Source of the DNA: Synechococcus sp.
GTDB taxonomy: Bacteria > Cyanobacteriota > Cyanobacteriia > PCC-6307 > Cyanobiaceae
Length of the DNA: 64,000 bases
Reading direction: 5' to 3'
NCBI GenBank assembly: GCA_047285305.1
Contig: JBJBDL010000003.1
Span: 480,001-544,000 of the forward strand
Part shown: in pieces, positions 27,379-37,939 of the stretch
How the letters are laid out: every line of letters starts with the position of its first letter
Numbering within the stretch: position 1 is the first letter of the stretch
Made by a program: the position numbers and the translations under genes
The notes under the pieces: generated by a model
Told to the model about the DNA's origin: nothing
The model's database searches: none
The model's input: the letters and a program-made list of their open reading frames with translations, nothing else

Positions 27379-28494
27379 ATGGCACAGGCCAAAACAGCAG
27401 TTGTGGACGCGTCTTCGGTTCAGATTCGGTTTGAGCCGATGGGGCCCGATGTCTACGGGCAGAACCAACCCAAGGAGCTGCTGGCCGCAATTGCTGAAGA
27501 TGTTGAACCTTTGAAGGATTTGGTGGATCAGCACGTGGTGTCGATCCAACCGTTTCGCTCCGAGGTTTTATTGCAGGTGTTTCGTCTGGCGGCGAAGTTT
27601 GAGAGCAACCCAGATCGCTATTGCCGTCACAACACGCCGCTCACCGGCAAGATTCTGATCAACGCGTTTTACGAACCAAGCACGCGCACCCGGCTGTCCT
27701 TTGACAGTGCCTGGCACAGACTCGGCGGTACCTCCATCAACATCACCGACAGGGCCACTACTGGGATCGCCAAGGGCGAGTCTCTCGAAGATGTCGCTCA
27801 TATGTTCAACAACTACGGCGATTGTGTGGTGCTTAGGGACAGCGATCCCGGTGCCGTTTATGCGATGACGTCCACTCTTCGGATTCCGATCATCAACGCT
27901 GGAAATGGGATCGATGAGCATCCCACTCAGGCGATGGCCGATCTGTACACGATCTTCAAGTGGCGCCCCAAGCTTGCTGAAGCTGAAGTGGCACCCGCTG
28001 ATCGGATTCGCATTGGGATCGTCGGAATCCCATCGCGGATGCGAACGGTTCGCTCCCTGTTGAGGATCCTTTCCAAATTCCCGCAGACCGTGGACGAGGT
28101 GGTGGTGATTCACGCCCCCGGGTTGGAGCCGGATCAGCCGCTGTTCGACCCAGGACAGTTGGAGGAGCTTGAAGCTTCTGGGATGAAGGTGCGCTCCAGC
28201 ACGGATCTTCAGGCTGAAGTGCCCGACTTGGATGTCGTTTACATCAATGCCATTGCCTGGGTCGGTGACTCCTATGAAGTACACGGCGGAGGATTCCGCC
28301 TCACCCGCGACATGCCGTTCAAACCGGAAGCGATCGTGCTCCATCCCTTGGCGCGGGGAGCGGAACTGAGCACCTGCATGGATGACACGCGCCATAACTG
28401 GTATTTCAGCCAGGCCAGGGGAGCTGTGTTCCTGCGGATGGCCCTGCTCACTTGCATGGTGGATCGGGCCGAACGCGTGATGGATGTGATCTGA
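27379..28494 (+). CDS. ATCase-like carbamoyltransferase of unknown substrate (pseudo-ATCase)
   Basis: FYEPSTRTRLSF, KGES, HPTQ, HPL carbamoyl-phosphate motifs; aspartate-binding R-x-Q-x-E-R absent. Confidence 0.88.
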   Translation: MAQAKTAVVDASSVQIRFEPMGPDVYGQNQPKELLAAIAEDVEPLKDLVDQHVVSIQPFRSEVLLQVFRLAAKFESNPDRYCRHNTPLTGKILINAFYEPSTRTRLSFDSAWHRLGGTSINITDRATTGIAKGESLEDVAHMFNNYGDCVVLRDSDPGAVYAMTSTLRIPIINAGNGIDEHPTQAMADLYTIFKWRPKLAEAEVAPADRIRIGIVGIPSRMRTVRSLLRILSKFPQTVDEVVVIHAPGLEPDQPLFDPGQLEELEASGMKVRSSTDLQAEVPDLDVVYINAIAWVGDSYEVHGGGFRLTRDMPFKPEAIVLHPLARGAELSTCMDDTRHNWYFSQARGAVFLRMALLTCMVDRAERVMDVI

Positions 28495-28503
28495 GGTGGA
28501 CTG

Positions 28504-30528
28504 ATGTGTGGAATCGGGGGTGTTTTCAATGCCGACCGTCAGCAGACGGTGGATCGCCAGCTGCTGGTCAACATGGCGGCGATTCAGGCCCATCGCGGGC
28601 CCGATGGCTTTGGGGTTGAGGTGCTGGATCAGGCCGGCGTCGGCTTTTGCCATGCCCGCCTTTCGATCATTGACCTGAATGAGTCACGGGCCCGGCAGCC
28701 CTTCCTCACCGATGACGGTGAGGTGCTGATGGCCCACAACGGTGAGTTCTACGACTTCCAGCGAATCCGGGCTGACCTCACCGCCCAGGGGGTGCGCTTC
28801 AGCAGCAAGAGCGATTCGGAGATCCTGCTGCGGCTGTACCAACGCCAGGGCTTAGAGGCGACCCTCCCTCTGTTGCGCGGTGAGTTCGCCTTCGCCTTGT
28901 TTGATCGGTCCGAAGACTGCCTCTACCTGGTGCGGGATCGCTTCGGCATCAAACCGCAGTACTGGGCGATGACGCCTGAGGGTCTGGTGTTCGGTTCCGA
29001 GTTGAAGGTGCTGTTTGCCCACCCGGCGGTGGAGCGACGTTTCACCTCGGAGGGTCTGTTTCACCAGTTGATGCAGACCATGGTTCCCGGCACCACAGCC
29101 TTTGCCGGTGTGCATCAGGTGAAGCCCGGCCATGTGCTGAAGGTGCAACGAGTGAACGGGCGGCTGCAGGTGTCGGAGTCGACCTATTGGGATGTCGACT
29201 TCCCGCGCAAGGACGAGCGGGACCCCAAGCGAACCGAAGCTGACCACATCGCTGCCGTTCGTGCGGCGTTGCTGGAGGCCGTTGAGATGCGCATGGTGGC
29301 CGATGTACCCGTGGGTTGTTATCTCTCCGGTGGAATCGACAGCTGTTCGATCCTTGGTTTGGCCTCAGCCGTGAGCCAGGCACCGGTGAAGGCGTTCACG
29401 ATCGGCTTCGATGATGCGCGCTACGACGAGTCGCCGATTGCCCGTGAGATGGCCGAAGCCACCGGTGCTGAGCAGGATCTGATGCGGCTCTCGGGCCAGG
29501 AGCTCTATGGCCACCTGGAGCGCACCATCTGGCATGCCGAGCGAACGATCTACAACACCCTGGCGGTGGCGAAGTTTTTGATGAGCCGCCACGTCAATGA
29601 CGTGGATTACAAGGTCGTGATGACCGGTGAAGGCTCAGATGAGCTGTTCGGCGGCTACCCCGCCTTTCGCCGCGACATGTTTCTCCACGGTCTCGATGAC
29701 TTGCCACAGGAGGAGCGCGCCAGCTGGGAAAGCCTGCTGCAGCAGTCCAATGCTCTGGTGAAAGGGGCGATGCTGGCTGAAAACCAGGTGGATGACCCCG
29801 ATCTTGATGCGGTGGTTGGCTTCACCCCCAGTTGCCTTCAGCCCTGGCTGGCCTGTGCGCCTTTGGTGCCGGCGCTTCTGGCGGAGGCCCACGCCACAGC
29901 TCTGGAGGGTTACTCCCCTGGCAAGGCGATTGCCGAGCAACTGGATGCGGATCAACTGGACGGGCGCCATGCCCTGGACAAGGCCCAGTACGTCTGGATC
30001 AAGACCATGCTGGAGGGCCAGATTCTCACCTGGGGTGGCGACCGGGTCGACATGGCCAATTCGATGGAGGCGCGACCCGCCTTCTTGGATCACCATCTGG
30101 CTGCGGTGGCGGTGCAGGTGCCGCCCGAACTGCGGATCAAGGGGAAAACCGAGAAATACGTGCTTCGGGAAGCCATGGCGGGCCTGTTGCCGGAGGTGTT
30201 GTACCGGCGTGAGAAGTTCGCCTTCATGGCACCGCCAGCCCACACGGAGCCTGAGAAGTGGGAGCAGATGAAGCAGCTCGCCGACGATTACCTCAGTGAT
30301 GAGGCGATCGATGCTGCTGGTTTGTTGAGCAAAGCCGGTGTTCGCGCCTTGTTTGCGCGTCATGAGGACCCGACCACCAGCGATGCGGAGCGTATACAGA
30401 TGGATGCGGTGATCAATCACCTGCTGGGTGTGCAGATGCTGCATCGCATGTTTGTGGCGGAAGACGTGCCAGCCCTGGCCCGCCGGGAGGCGGACCGTCT
30501 GGGCTGGCGGGTGCTGATGCCTGTTTGA
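28504..30528 (+). CDS. asnB: Asparagine synthase (glutamine-hydrolysing)-like amidotransferase
   Basis: N-terminal MCGI, HRGPD, NGE, SGGIDS, GEGSDELFGGY. Confidence 0.92.
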   Translation: MCGIGGVFNADRQQTVDRQLLVNMAAIQAHRGPDGFGVEVLDQAGVGFCHARLSIIDLNESRARQPFLTDDGEVLMAHNGEFYDFQRIRADLTAQGVRFSSKSDSEILLRLYQRQGLEATLPLLRGEFAFALFDRSEDCLYLVRDRFGIKPQYWAMTPEGLVFGSELKVLFAHPAVERRFTSEGLFHQLMQTMVPGTTAFAGVHQVKPGHVLKVQRVNGRLQVSESTYWDVDFPRKDERDPKRTEADHIAAVRAALLEAVEMRMVADVPVGCYLSGGIDSCSILGLASAVSQAPVKAFTIGFDDARYDESPIAREMAEATGAEQDLMRLSGQELYGHLERTIWHAERTIYNTLAVAKFLMSRHVNDVDYKVVMTGEGSDELFGGYPAFRRDMFLHGLDDLPQEERASWESLLQQSNALVKGAMLAENQVDDPDLDAVVGFTPSCLQPWLACAPLVPALLAEAHATALEGYSPGKAIAEQLDADQLDGRHALDKAQYVWIKTMLEGQILTWGGDRVDMANSMEARPAFLDHHLAAVAVQVPPELRIKGKTEKYVLREAMAGLLPEVLYRREKFAFMAPPAHTEPEKWEQMKQLADDYLSDEAIDAAGLLSKAGVRALFARHEDPTTSDAERIQMDAVINHLLGVQMLHRMFVAEDVPALARREADRLGWRVLMPV

Positions 30529-30550
30529 ATTCTTTGGTCAGGATTAAATC

Positions 30551-30564
30551 GTTGCGCTAGCTAC
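30551..30564 (+). promoter_or_regulatory. NtcA-like site upstream of the M20 hydrolase
   Basis: GTTgcgctagcTAC, with AGTATT 23 nt downstream. Confidence 0.45.
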
Positions 30565-30622
30565 AAGACTCCGGGTGTTTTCGGGTGAGTATTGATCACC
30601 GTTTGAAACGAAGGTCACGGCA

Positions 30623-31912
30623 TTGCCAGCGCTCATCTCGGCTTCTCCGACCACTCCTGCATCGCGGGTCGAGCCAGCCAAGATTGCGGCGAGACCGAAC
30701 CGTGACCGGTTGATCGGAACGATTGAGCAGCTGGCCAGCATTGGAGCCAAGCCCGATGGCAGCGTTTGTCGACGCGGGTTCTCCCCTGAGGATGTGCAGG
30801 GCCGTGAGTTGCTGGCCCACTGGATGAAGCAGCTCGGCATGCAGGTGCGTGTTGATGCCGCTGGCAACTTGATCGGATGCCTGGAAGGCCTCGACCCCCA
30901 CCGTCCTGCCTTGGTGACCGGGTCGCATCTCGATACGGTTCCCACTGGAGGACGTTTTGATGGGGCCCTGGGGGTGTTGGCCGGTCTGGAAGCTTGCCGC
31001 GCGCTTCAAGACCAGGGCCTGCGTCTGCGGCATGGCATCGAGTTGATTGCTTTTGCTGACGAGGAGTCGACCATGGTGGGCTGCAAGGGCTTGGCGGGCA
31101 CGGCCTCCGATGACCCGGAGAGTTATGCCACCAGCAATGGTCAGCCGATTCAGGACAACCTGTCGCGCATCGGGGGACATTGGCCGTCTTTGGCTTCGGC
31201 CCGACGCTCCGACCAGGCCTATGCCGCTTTCCTGGAGTTGCATGTTGAGCAGGGTGGCGTTCTTGAGCAACGCGGCGATGCCATCGGTGTTGTGGAGGGT
31301 GTTGTCGGTCAGCGTCGGTTCAGCATCAATGTGAAGGGCCAGGCCAACCATGCCGGCACTACGCCGATGGGGTTGCGACGGGACTCCCTTGTGGCGGCCT
31401 CGCGTCTTGTTCTTGCCGTTGAGGCCATGGCCTCCCGTCATCCCGGAGATCCGGTGGCGACGGTGGGTCGACTGGAGGTTTGGCCCAATGCCGCCAATGT
31501 TGTCCCCGGCGCTGTCGCCCTGACGGTTGACCTCAGGGATGTGGATCCAACCGTTCTCGATCAGTTGGTGGAGGAGTTGATGCAGCAGGTGGAACGCATC
31601 GGTGCTGAAACCGGTTGCCCGATTGCGGTGGACCCTCAGTTCAGCGTTGATCCCACTCCTGCTGACGCTGTGGTGATGTCCACGATCGCTGAGGCCGCGG
31701 CCGATCTCGGTTTTTCCCACAGCCGTCTCCCCAGCCGCGCCAGCCACGACGCGCAGGAGGTTGGCCGCCGTTGGCCGATGGGCATGATTTTTGTGCCCAG
31801 CCGGGGCGGCCTGAGTCATTCCGCTGCAGAGTTCACCAGCGACGAGCAGTGCTGGGCGGGCACCGCGGTGCTGTTGGAAACGTTGCAGCGGCTCGACCGT
31901 CAGCTGCCGTGA
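30623..31912 (+). CDS. Zn-dependent M20 amidohydrolase (N-carbamoyl-L-amino acid hydrolase / allantoate amidohydrolase family)
   Basis: GSHLDTVP.GG.FDG, DEE, ELHVEQG, NHAGTTPM, HDA, SHS.AE; start uncertain. Confidence 0.92.
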   Translation: MPALISASPTTPASRVEPAKIAARPNRDRLIGTIEQLASIGAKPDGSVCRRGFSPEDVQGRELLAHWMKQLGMQVRVDAAGNLIGCLEGLDPHRPALVTGSHLDTVPTGGRFDGALGVLAGLEACRALQDQGLRLRHGIELIAFADEESTMVGCKGLAGTASDDPESYATSNGQPIQDNLSRIGGHWPSLASARRSDQAYAAFLELHVEQGGVLEQRGDAIGVVEGVVGQRRFSINVKGQANHAGTTPMGLRRDSLVAASRLVLAVEAMASRHPGDPVATVGRLEVWPNAANVVPGAVALTVDLRDVDPTVLDQLVEELMQQVERIGAETGCPIAVDPQFSVDPTPADAVVMSTIAEAAADLGFSHSRLPSRASHDAQEVGRRWPMGMIFVPSRGGLSHSAAEFTSDEQCWAGTAVLLETLQRLDRQLP

Positions 31913-32583
31913 CCTTTTCGATCCTGGCCCGGGATCCCAGCAACGGTCGTTTCGGCGTGGCTGTGGCCACCTGTCATCTGGCTGTTGGATCCACCGTGCC
32001 CCATATCCGCGCCGGGGTTGGTGCTGTCGCCACCCAGGCCCATACCAATCCTTATCTGGGGATATGTGGTCTTGAGCGCCTGGAGCAGAGTTCGGATGCC
32101 GAGAGCGTTCTGGCTAGCCTTCTTGCGGATGATCAGCACCGTGATCGGCGTCAGTTTCACCTTATTGATCTGGACGGTCGCACGGCCTGTTGGACGGGGC
32201 AGGGTTGCGGCCCTTGGGCAGGGCATCGCCATCAGCATGATTTGTCTGTTGCCGGCAATTGCTTGGTGGATGAGGACGTGTTGGCAGCCATGGAGCAGGC
32301 CTTTCTCACTAGCGACCCCAGCTTGAAACTCGGCCGCCGCCTGATGATGGCTCTGCAGGCCGGGGAAGCGGCTGGTGGTGACCATCGTTCTCCCTTCTGC
32401 ACGTCAGCGGCGGTGCAGGTGAGCGGTGAAGCGGTTTTTCCGCTGTTGGATCTGCGCGTTGATTTCCACGAGCGCGCCGTGGAGCAGTTGATGGAGGTGT
32501 ATGAGCGCAGTCAGGCTCTCTGGGCCCAGGAGTGGCGGGATGAACTGTCGGAATTGCCGATGCTCAACCGCTTGGTGGCTTGA
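31909..32583 (+). CDS. DUF1028 family Ntn-hydrolase-like protein
   Basis: (M)TFSILARDP..G.FGVAVAT, ATQA, AGN.L, GGD.R, DLRVD; GTGA overlap with the upstream gene. Confidence 0.85.
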   Translation: MTFSILARDPSNGRFGVAVATCHLAVGSTVPHIRAGVGAVATQAHTNPYLGICGLERLEQSSDAESVLASLLADDQHRDRRQFHLIDLDGRTACWTGQGCGPWAGHRHQHDLSVAGNCLVDEDVLAAMEQAFLTSDPSLKLGRRLMMALQAGEAAGGDHRSPFCTSAAVQVSGEAVFPLLDLRVDFHERAVEQLMEVYERSQALWAQEWRDELSELPMLNRLVA

Positions 32584-32607
32584 GCCTGCTGCGTCGTTGA
32601 CGCCATT

Positions 32608-32646
32608 AAAAAAGCCCTGCAACACAGCCGTGTGCAGGGCTTTTTT
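32608..32646. terminator. Bidirectional intrinsic terminator
   Basis: AAAAAAGCCCTGCA...TGCAGGGCTTTTTT between convergent genes. Confidence 0.85.
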
Positions 32647-32667
32647 AGGGATTCAATTCAGGCGTGT

Positions 32668-32886
32668 TCAGCTAGGGACGGATGCTTCCCACTCCACGTT
32701 CAGGCCGGCCTGACGGGCGTCGGTGATCAGGTCATCGATGCAATCCATGCCAAAGGCGGCTTGTCCAGACAGCAGGGCATCCCATTCCTGAGACGGAAAG
32801 TGGGTCTGCAGCCAGAACACGCCATGCACGCTGGAAGGACTCACTTGCACGAGGCCTTGGTCGAGGCGAGAGGTGATGAGATCCAA
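32668..32886 (-). CDS. Small hypothetical protein (72 aa)
   Basis: ORF ends just before the terminator; PSSVHGVFWLQTHF motif. Confidence 0.55.
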   Translation of the reverse strand: MDLITSRLDQGLVQVSPSSVHGVFWLQTHFPSQEWDALLSGQAAFGMDCIDDLITDARQAGLNVEWEASVPS

Positions 32887-32966
32887 CGTCTTGGCTGAAG
32901 CTGGATCTATTACGCCTCAATCCTCGGAACTGGAATGTTCGAGTTGCTACGGATTAAGAAGTTGGC

Positions 32967-33134
32967 CTAGCGCGTGTAGCCCACGCCGCGGTAAACGAGC
33001 TGCACCGGAGTGCGGTGGTTGTTGATCTGGCGGGCTTGGTACACGTTGCGGCGGTAAACAAGCTGCACCCCGGGCTTGCCCTGAGTGGCGTTGTTTTGCT
33101 GGTACTGATGCCCGCGATAGAGAAGGGTGGTCAT
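32967..33134 (-). CDS. 55-aa DUF4278-type peptide with three L-x-Y-R-G/R repeats
   Basis: MTTLLYRGHQYQQNNATQGKPGVQLVYRRNVYQARQINNHRTPVQLVYRGVGYTR*; directly below the riboswitch. Confidence 0.8.
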   Translation of the reverse strand: MTTLLYRGHQYQQNNATQGKPGVQLVYRRNVYQARQINNHRTPVQLVYRGVGYTR

Positions 33135-33154
33135 TGGATGGTCCTCGAAGCAAG

Positions 33155-33213
33155 CTCAGGTCCCCGTTCCATGGCCTGAGGCGAACTGCGCTTCGCGCGA
33201 TGCGAAGTGAACG
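33155..33213 (-). ncRNA. Glutamine-II (Downstream-peptide) riboswitch
   Basis: Minus strand CGTTCA-cttcg..cgaag-CGCAGTTCG-CCTCAGGCCATGGAACGGGGACCTGAG matches the motif as I recall it, including CGTTC/GAACG and CTCAGG/CCTGAG pairings. Confidence 0.85.
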
Positions 33214-33217
33214 ATCG

Positions 33218-33231
33218 GTAGCTGTTGCTAC
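33218..33231. promoter_or_regulatory. NtcA site overlapping the probable transcription start of the riboswitch leader
   Basis: GTAgctgttgcTAC, perfect consensus, 4 nt from the riboswitch 5' end. Confidence 0.75.
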
Positions 33232-33325
33232 AGAAATATTGAAGCTCTCGCAAATGCTGAAGTGGTGTTCAGGTTGATACCTCTTCAGAAAAGTTTTTGG
33301 TTTTGTTTATTTTTGTCCGTAGGAA

Positions 33326-34080
33326 TTAGTGGGTCTGGCTGATCTCAATCAGTTGATTGAGCACAGCATTGAAGAAGTTTCGGCCTTGTGCCTGAAGCGT
33401 GGTGCCCAGCCTGCGCCAGTCCTGGGTCAGGCGATTGGGCCCTTCAGCTCCAAGGGCGTTCACCACGTAGTCGTGGTCGTTGGCGATCCAGCGTTCCAGC
33501 GCATCGCCATCGATCTCGAGGTGGCATTGCAGGCCAATGGCGTGGGCTCCGATCCGAAACACCTGTTCGGCGCAGTGCAGTGAAGAACCCAGCAGGGTTG
33601 CATCAGCCGGGAGGTGGATGCGATCACCATGCCAATGCAGCACCAGAGTGCTGCTGGGTTGCCCTTTGAGCAGAGCCTCATCACTGGGATTCGCGACCCA
33701 GTGGATCGCGCCGAGCCCCAGTTCCTTCAGTTGCTGCGGTGGTGCTCCCACCTGTAGCGGTTGAACGCTGCCCCCTGCAGCCACAGCCAAGAGCTGCGCC
33801 CCGAGGCAGATGCCCAGCACCGGTTGGCGTTGCTGGTGCCAGGCCCTCAACCAGTCCAGTTCCTGCTGCAACCAGTCCATGCCTGGTTGGTCGTGATCGT
33901 TCACGCTCATCGGGCCACCGAGCACAAGGGCGATGCTGTTGGCACACGCCCTGGGGTCCGGCAGTGGGTCGCCCCGGTCGGGCCTCAGGATCTCGAGTGT
34001 CAGGCCCCGCTGCCGCGCCAGCTCTCCCACCAGTGCGGCGTCTTCGTGGTCCACGTGTTGGACCACCAGCAGCGTGGGGC

Positions 34081-34084
<4 letters not shown>
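33326..34084 (-). CDS. Class I glutamine amidotransferase-like protein
   Basis: [23 protein letters not shown] catalytic motifs; TTGA overlap with ureC. Confidence 0.88.
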
Positions 34085-35790
<1,706 letters not shown>

Positions 35791-35793
35791 GGG

Positions 35794-36114
35794 TCAGGCG
35801 TCGAGGGGTCCGTTGATCTGGCCGTTGAAGCCGATGACGCGTCGCGAACCGGCGAAGGGAATCAGGTTTACGTCGCGGTTGTCGCCGGGTTCGAAGCGGA
35901 TGGCGGTGCCGGCGGGGATGTCGAGCCGTTGACCGCGGGCCGCGGCCCGGTCGAACTGCAGGGCGGCATTGGCTTCGGCGAAATGGAAATGGGAGCCCAC
36001 CTGTACTGGCCGGTCGCCGCTGTTGGAGACGTTCACCGTGGTGACAGGCCGGCCTGCATTCAGCTCCAGTTCACCCGGTTCGGGAAGCAGTTCGCCTGGA
36101 ATGAGAGGTGCCAT
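35794..36114 (-). CDS. ureB: Urease subunit beta
   Basis: [28 protein letters not shown]. Confidence 0.96.
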   Translation of the reverse strand: MAPLIPGELLPEPGELELNAGRPVTTVNVSNSGDRPVQVGSHFHFAEANAALQFDRAAARGQRLDIPAGTAIRFEPGDNRDVNLIPFAGSRRVIGFNGQINGPLDA

Positions 36115-36124
36115 GGGTTCTGCC

Positions 36125-36427
36125 TCAGCGAATCGGGTCGTGCAGGGTGACGAGCTTGGTGCCATCGGGGAAGACGGCCTCGATCTGCACCTCATGGACG
36201 AGCTCGGGCACGCCCTCCATCACCTGGTCCTGACGCAGCCAGGTGGTGCCTTCCTGCATTAGCTCCGCCACGCTCTTGCCGTCACGGGCGCCTTCCAGCA
36301 CCAAAAAGCTGAGCCAAGCCACCGCTTCGGGGTGGTTGAGCTTGAGGCCACGGTTCAAGCGCCGCTCGGCCAGCAGTGCGGCGGTCACGATCAGGAGCTT
36401 GTCCTTTTCCTGGGGACTGAGATGCAT
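36125..36427 (-). CDS. ureA: Urease subunit gamma
   Basis: [25 protein letters not shown]. Confidence 0.97.
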   Translation of the reverse strand: MHLSPQEKDKLLIVTAALLAERRLNRGLKLNHPEAVAWLSFLVLEGARDGKSVAELMQEGTTWLRQDQVMEGVPELVHEVQIEAVFPDGTKLVTLHDPIR

Positions 36428-36445
36428 GGCGAAGCTCGGTCTTCT

Positions 36446-37381
36446 TCAGTGTGTCTCCGCTGCAGCCTCGAAAGCGTTCACGGTGGACGCTTGTCGGCGC
36501 AGAGGCTGTTCCTGCAGTGGCCAGACCCTGGGGATGCGAGGCCGTGCCAGCTCCCGGATCGTTCGCGTTCGCTCCCAGATCCGGCTGAACCAGAAGCGGG
36601 CATCACGGCTTGACTCACCGGAATAGCGGGCGATCAGGCCCTGATTTAGGGCGCCGCAGCGCATTGTGCCCGTCAGGCCTTCGCGGTCGGCCCGCGCTCC
36701 CTCCAGCAGGGTTGCTGTTGTTTCGGTACCCATGGCCATCGGTGCGGCCCAAACCAGTGTTCCGAATACTGGGGCGCCTCCCAACCCATGCGGGCTGTCC
36801 AAGCTGGCGCCGCCGAGCTCCACCCGATCCGCCAGCTCCCAGGTTGAGCGGTTGCCTGCAAGGCGCTGAATGGTGAGGCTCGAGCGCCACCGTCCCTGCT
36901 GCAGGGTTTCGCCGGCGGCGGTTCGGCCCAAGCGCACGATCTCTGCGCTGAGAAAAGAGGCGTCCTGCGGCAGGGTCACCGTCAGCTGCTGCTCGAACAA
37001 AGCATCGGCGTACAGCACCAGTTCCTGCGGCAGCCATTCGAAGTCACTGCCGCTGGCCAGTGAGCAGCGCACCTGTTGATGGGCAAAGCAGCCCTCGGGT
37101 TGCAGGCGGCTGCGGCCGATCGATCCGTAAACCTTCTGCGCCGCCACGCTGGTGATCAGGCCGCGGCTGTTGGCCTCAAGCTTGAAGTCCAGGCTGAGTT
37201 GATCGCCGCCCACCAGGCCTCCGGCGGTGTGCAGCACCGGCAGCTCGCAGCGTCCGTCATCGCCGCGTTCACTGCGAAGCAGCTTGAACGGAGCCGTGCA
37301 GCCCCCCTGGTGTTTGGTGCTGCCGTTGGTGGCAAAAAACTGCAGGTCACAGCGGCCGTGCCAGGGATCGAGACGTTGCAT
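36446..37381 (-). CDS. ureD: Urease accessory protein D
   Basis: HTAGGLVGGD, EWLPQE, LGRTAAGE, PRVW; ATG at 37381. Confidence 0.92.
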   Translation of the reverse strand: MQRLDPWHGRCDLQFFATNGSTKHQGGCTAPFKLLRSERGDDGRCELPVLHTAGGLVGGDQLSLDFKLEANSRGLITSVAAQKVYGSIGRSRLQPEGCFAHQQVRCSLASGSDFEWLPQELVLYADALFEQQLTVTLPQDASFLSAEIVRLGRTAAGETLQQGRWRSSLTIQRLAGNRSTWELADRVELGGASLDSPHGLGGAPVFGTLVWAAPMAMGTETTATLLEGARADREGLTGTMRCGALNQGLIARYSGESSRDARFWFSRIWERTRTIRELARPRIPRVWPLQEQPLRRQASTVNAFEAAAETH

Positions 37382-37415
37382 GGCCTCACGCTCCGCCGCC
37401 ACCGGCTTCAACTCT

Positions 37416-37429
37416 GTAGCAATGCACAC
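37416..37429. promoter_or_regulatory. NtcA-like site in the ureD/ureE divergent promoter
   Basis: tGTAgcaatgcaCAC. Confidence 0.55.
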
Positions 37430-37486
37430 CAAAGCGCTGCTGATTGATCGGCACGCTTTTGTTGTGGAACTGGAGAGGAGCTGCTG

Positions 37487-37939
37487 GTGACGGATGCGGT
37501 GGTCGTGTTGGAGCAGCGCCTTCAGAAAAGTAGTGCCACGGCCACTCTGCAGTTGCCGTTAACGGCCGAAGAGCGCACGGTGCTGCGGGGCCGTCGCACC
37601 ACCTCCTGCGGTCGTCCGGTGCTTCTGCAGTTGCCCCGTGAGGGTTCTCTCCAGCCCGGTGACTTTTTGGGGGATGAGTCCGGCTCGACCGTTGTGGAGG
37701 TGACGGCAGCGCCGGAGGCGTTGCTGCGGGTGCAGGGATCGCATCCCCTGGAGCTGTTGCAGGCGGCTTATCACCTGGGCAATCGCCATGTCGCCCTGGA
37801 GCTGCATGAGCAGGAGCTGTTGCTGCCGGAGGATTCCGTTCTCGCCACGATGCTGGAAGGCCGTGGATTGACGGTGAGCCGCTGTCTGCAGCCGTTTGCC
37901 CCCGAAGGCGGTGCCTATGGAGGCCATCAGCACGGATGA
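37487..37939 (+). CDS. ureE: Urease accessory protein E
   Basis: AYHLGNRH, F.PEGGAY. Confidence 0.93.
   Translation: MTDAVVVLEQRLQKSSATATLQLPLTAEERTVLRGRRTTSCGRPVLLQLPREGSLQPGDFLGDESGSTVVEVTAAPEALLRVQGSHPLELLQAAYHLGNRHVALELHEQELLLPEDSVLATMLEGRGLTVSRCLQPFAPEGGAYGGHQHG

Noticed and set aside
32937..32950. GTT-N8-TAC upstream of the 72-aa ORF
   Set aside because: One mismatch and no convincing -10 at 22-23 nt; too weak to call.
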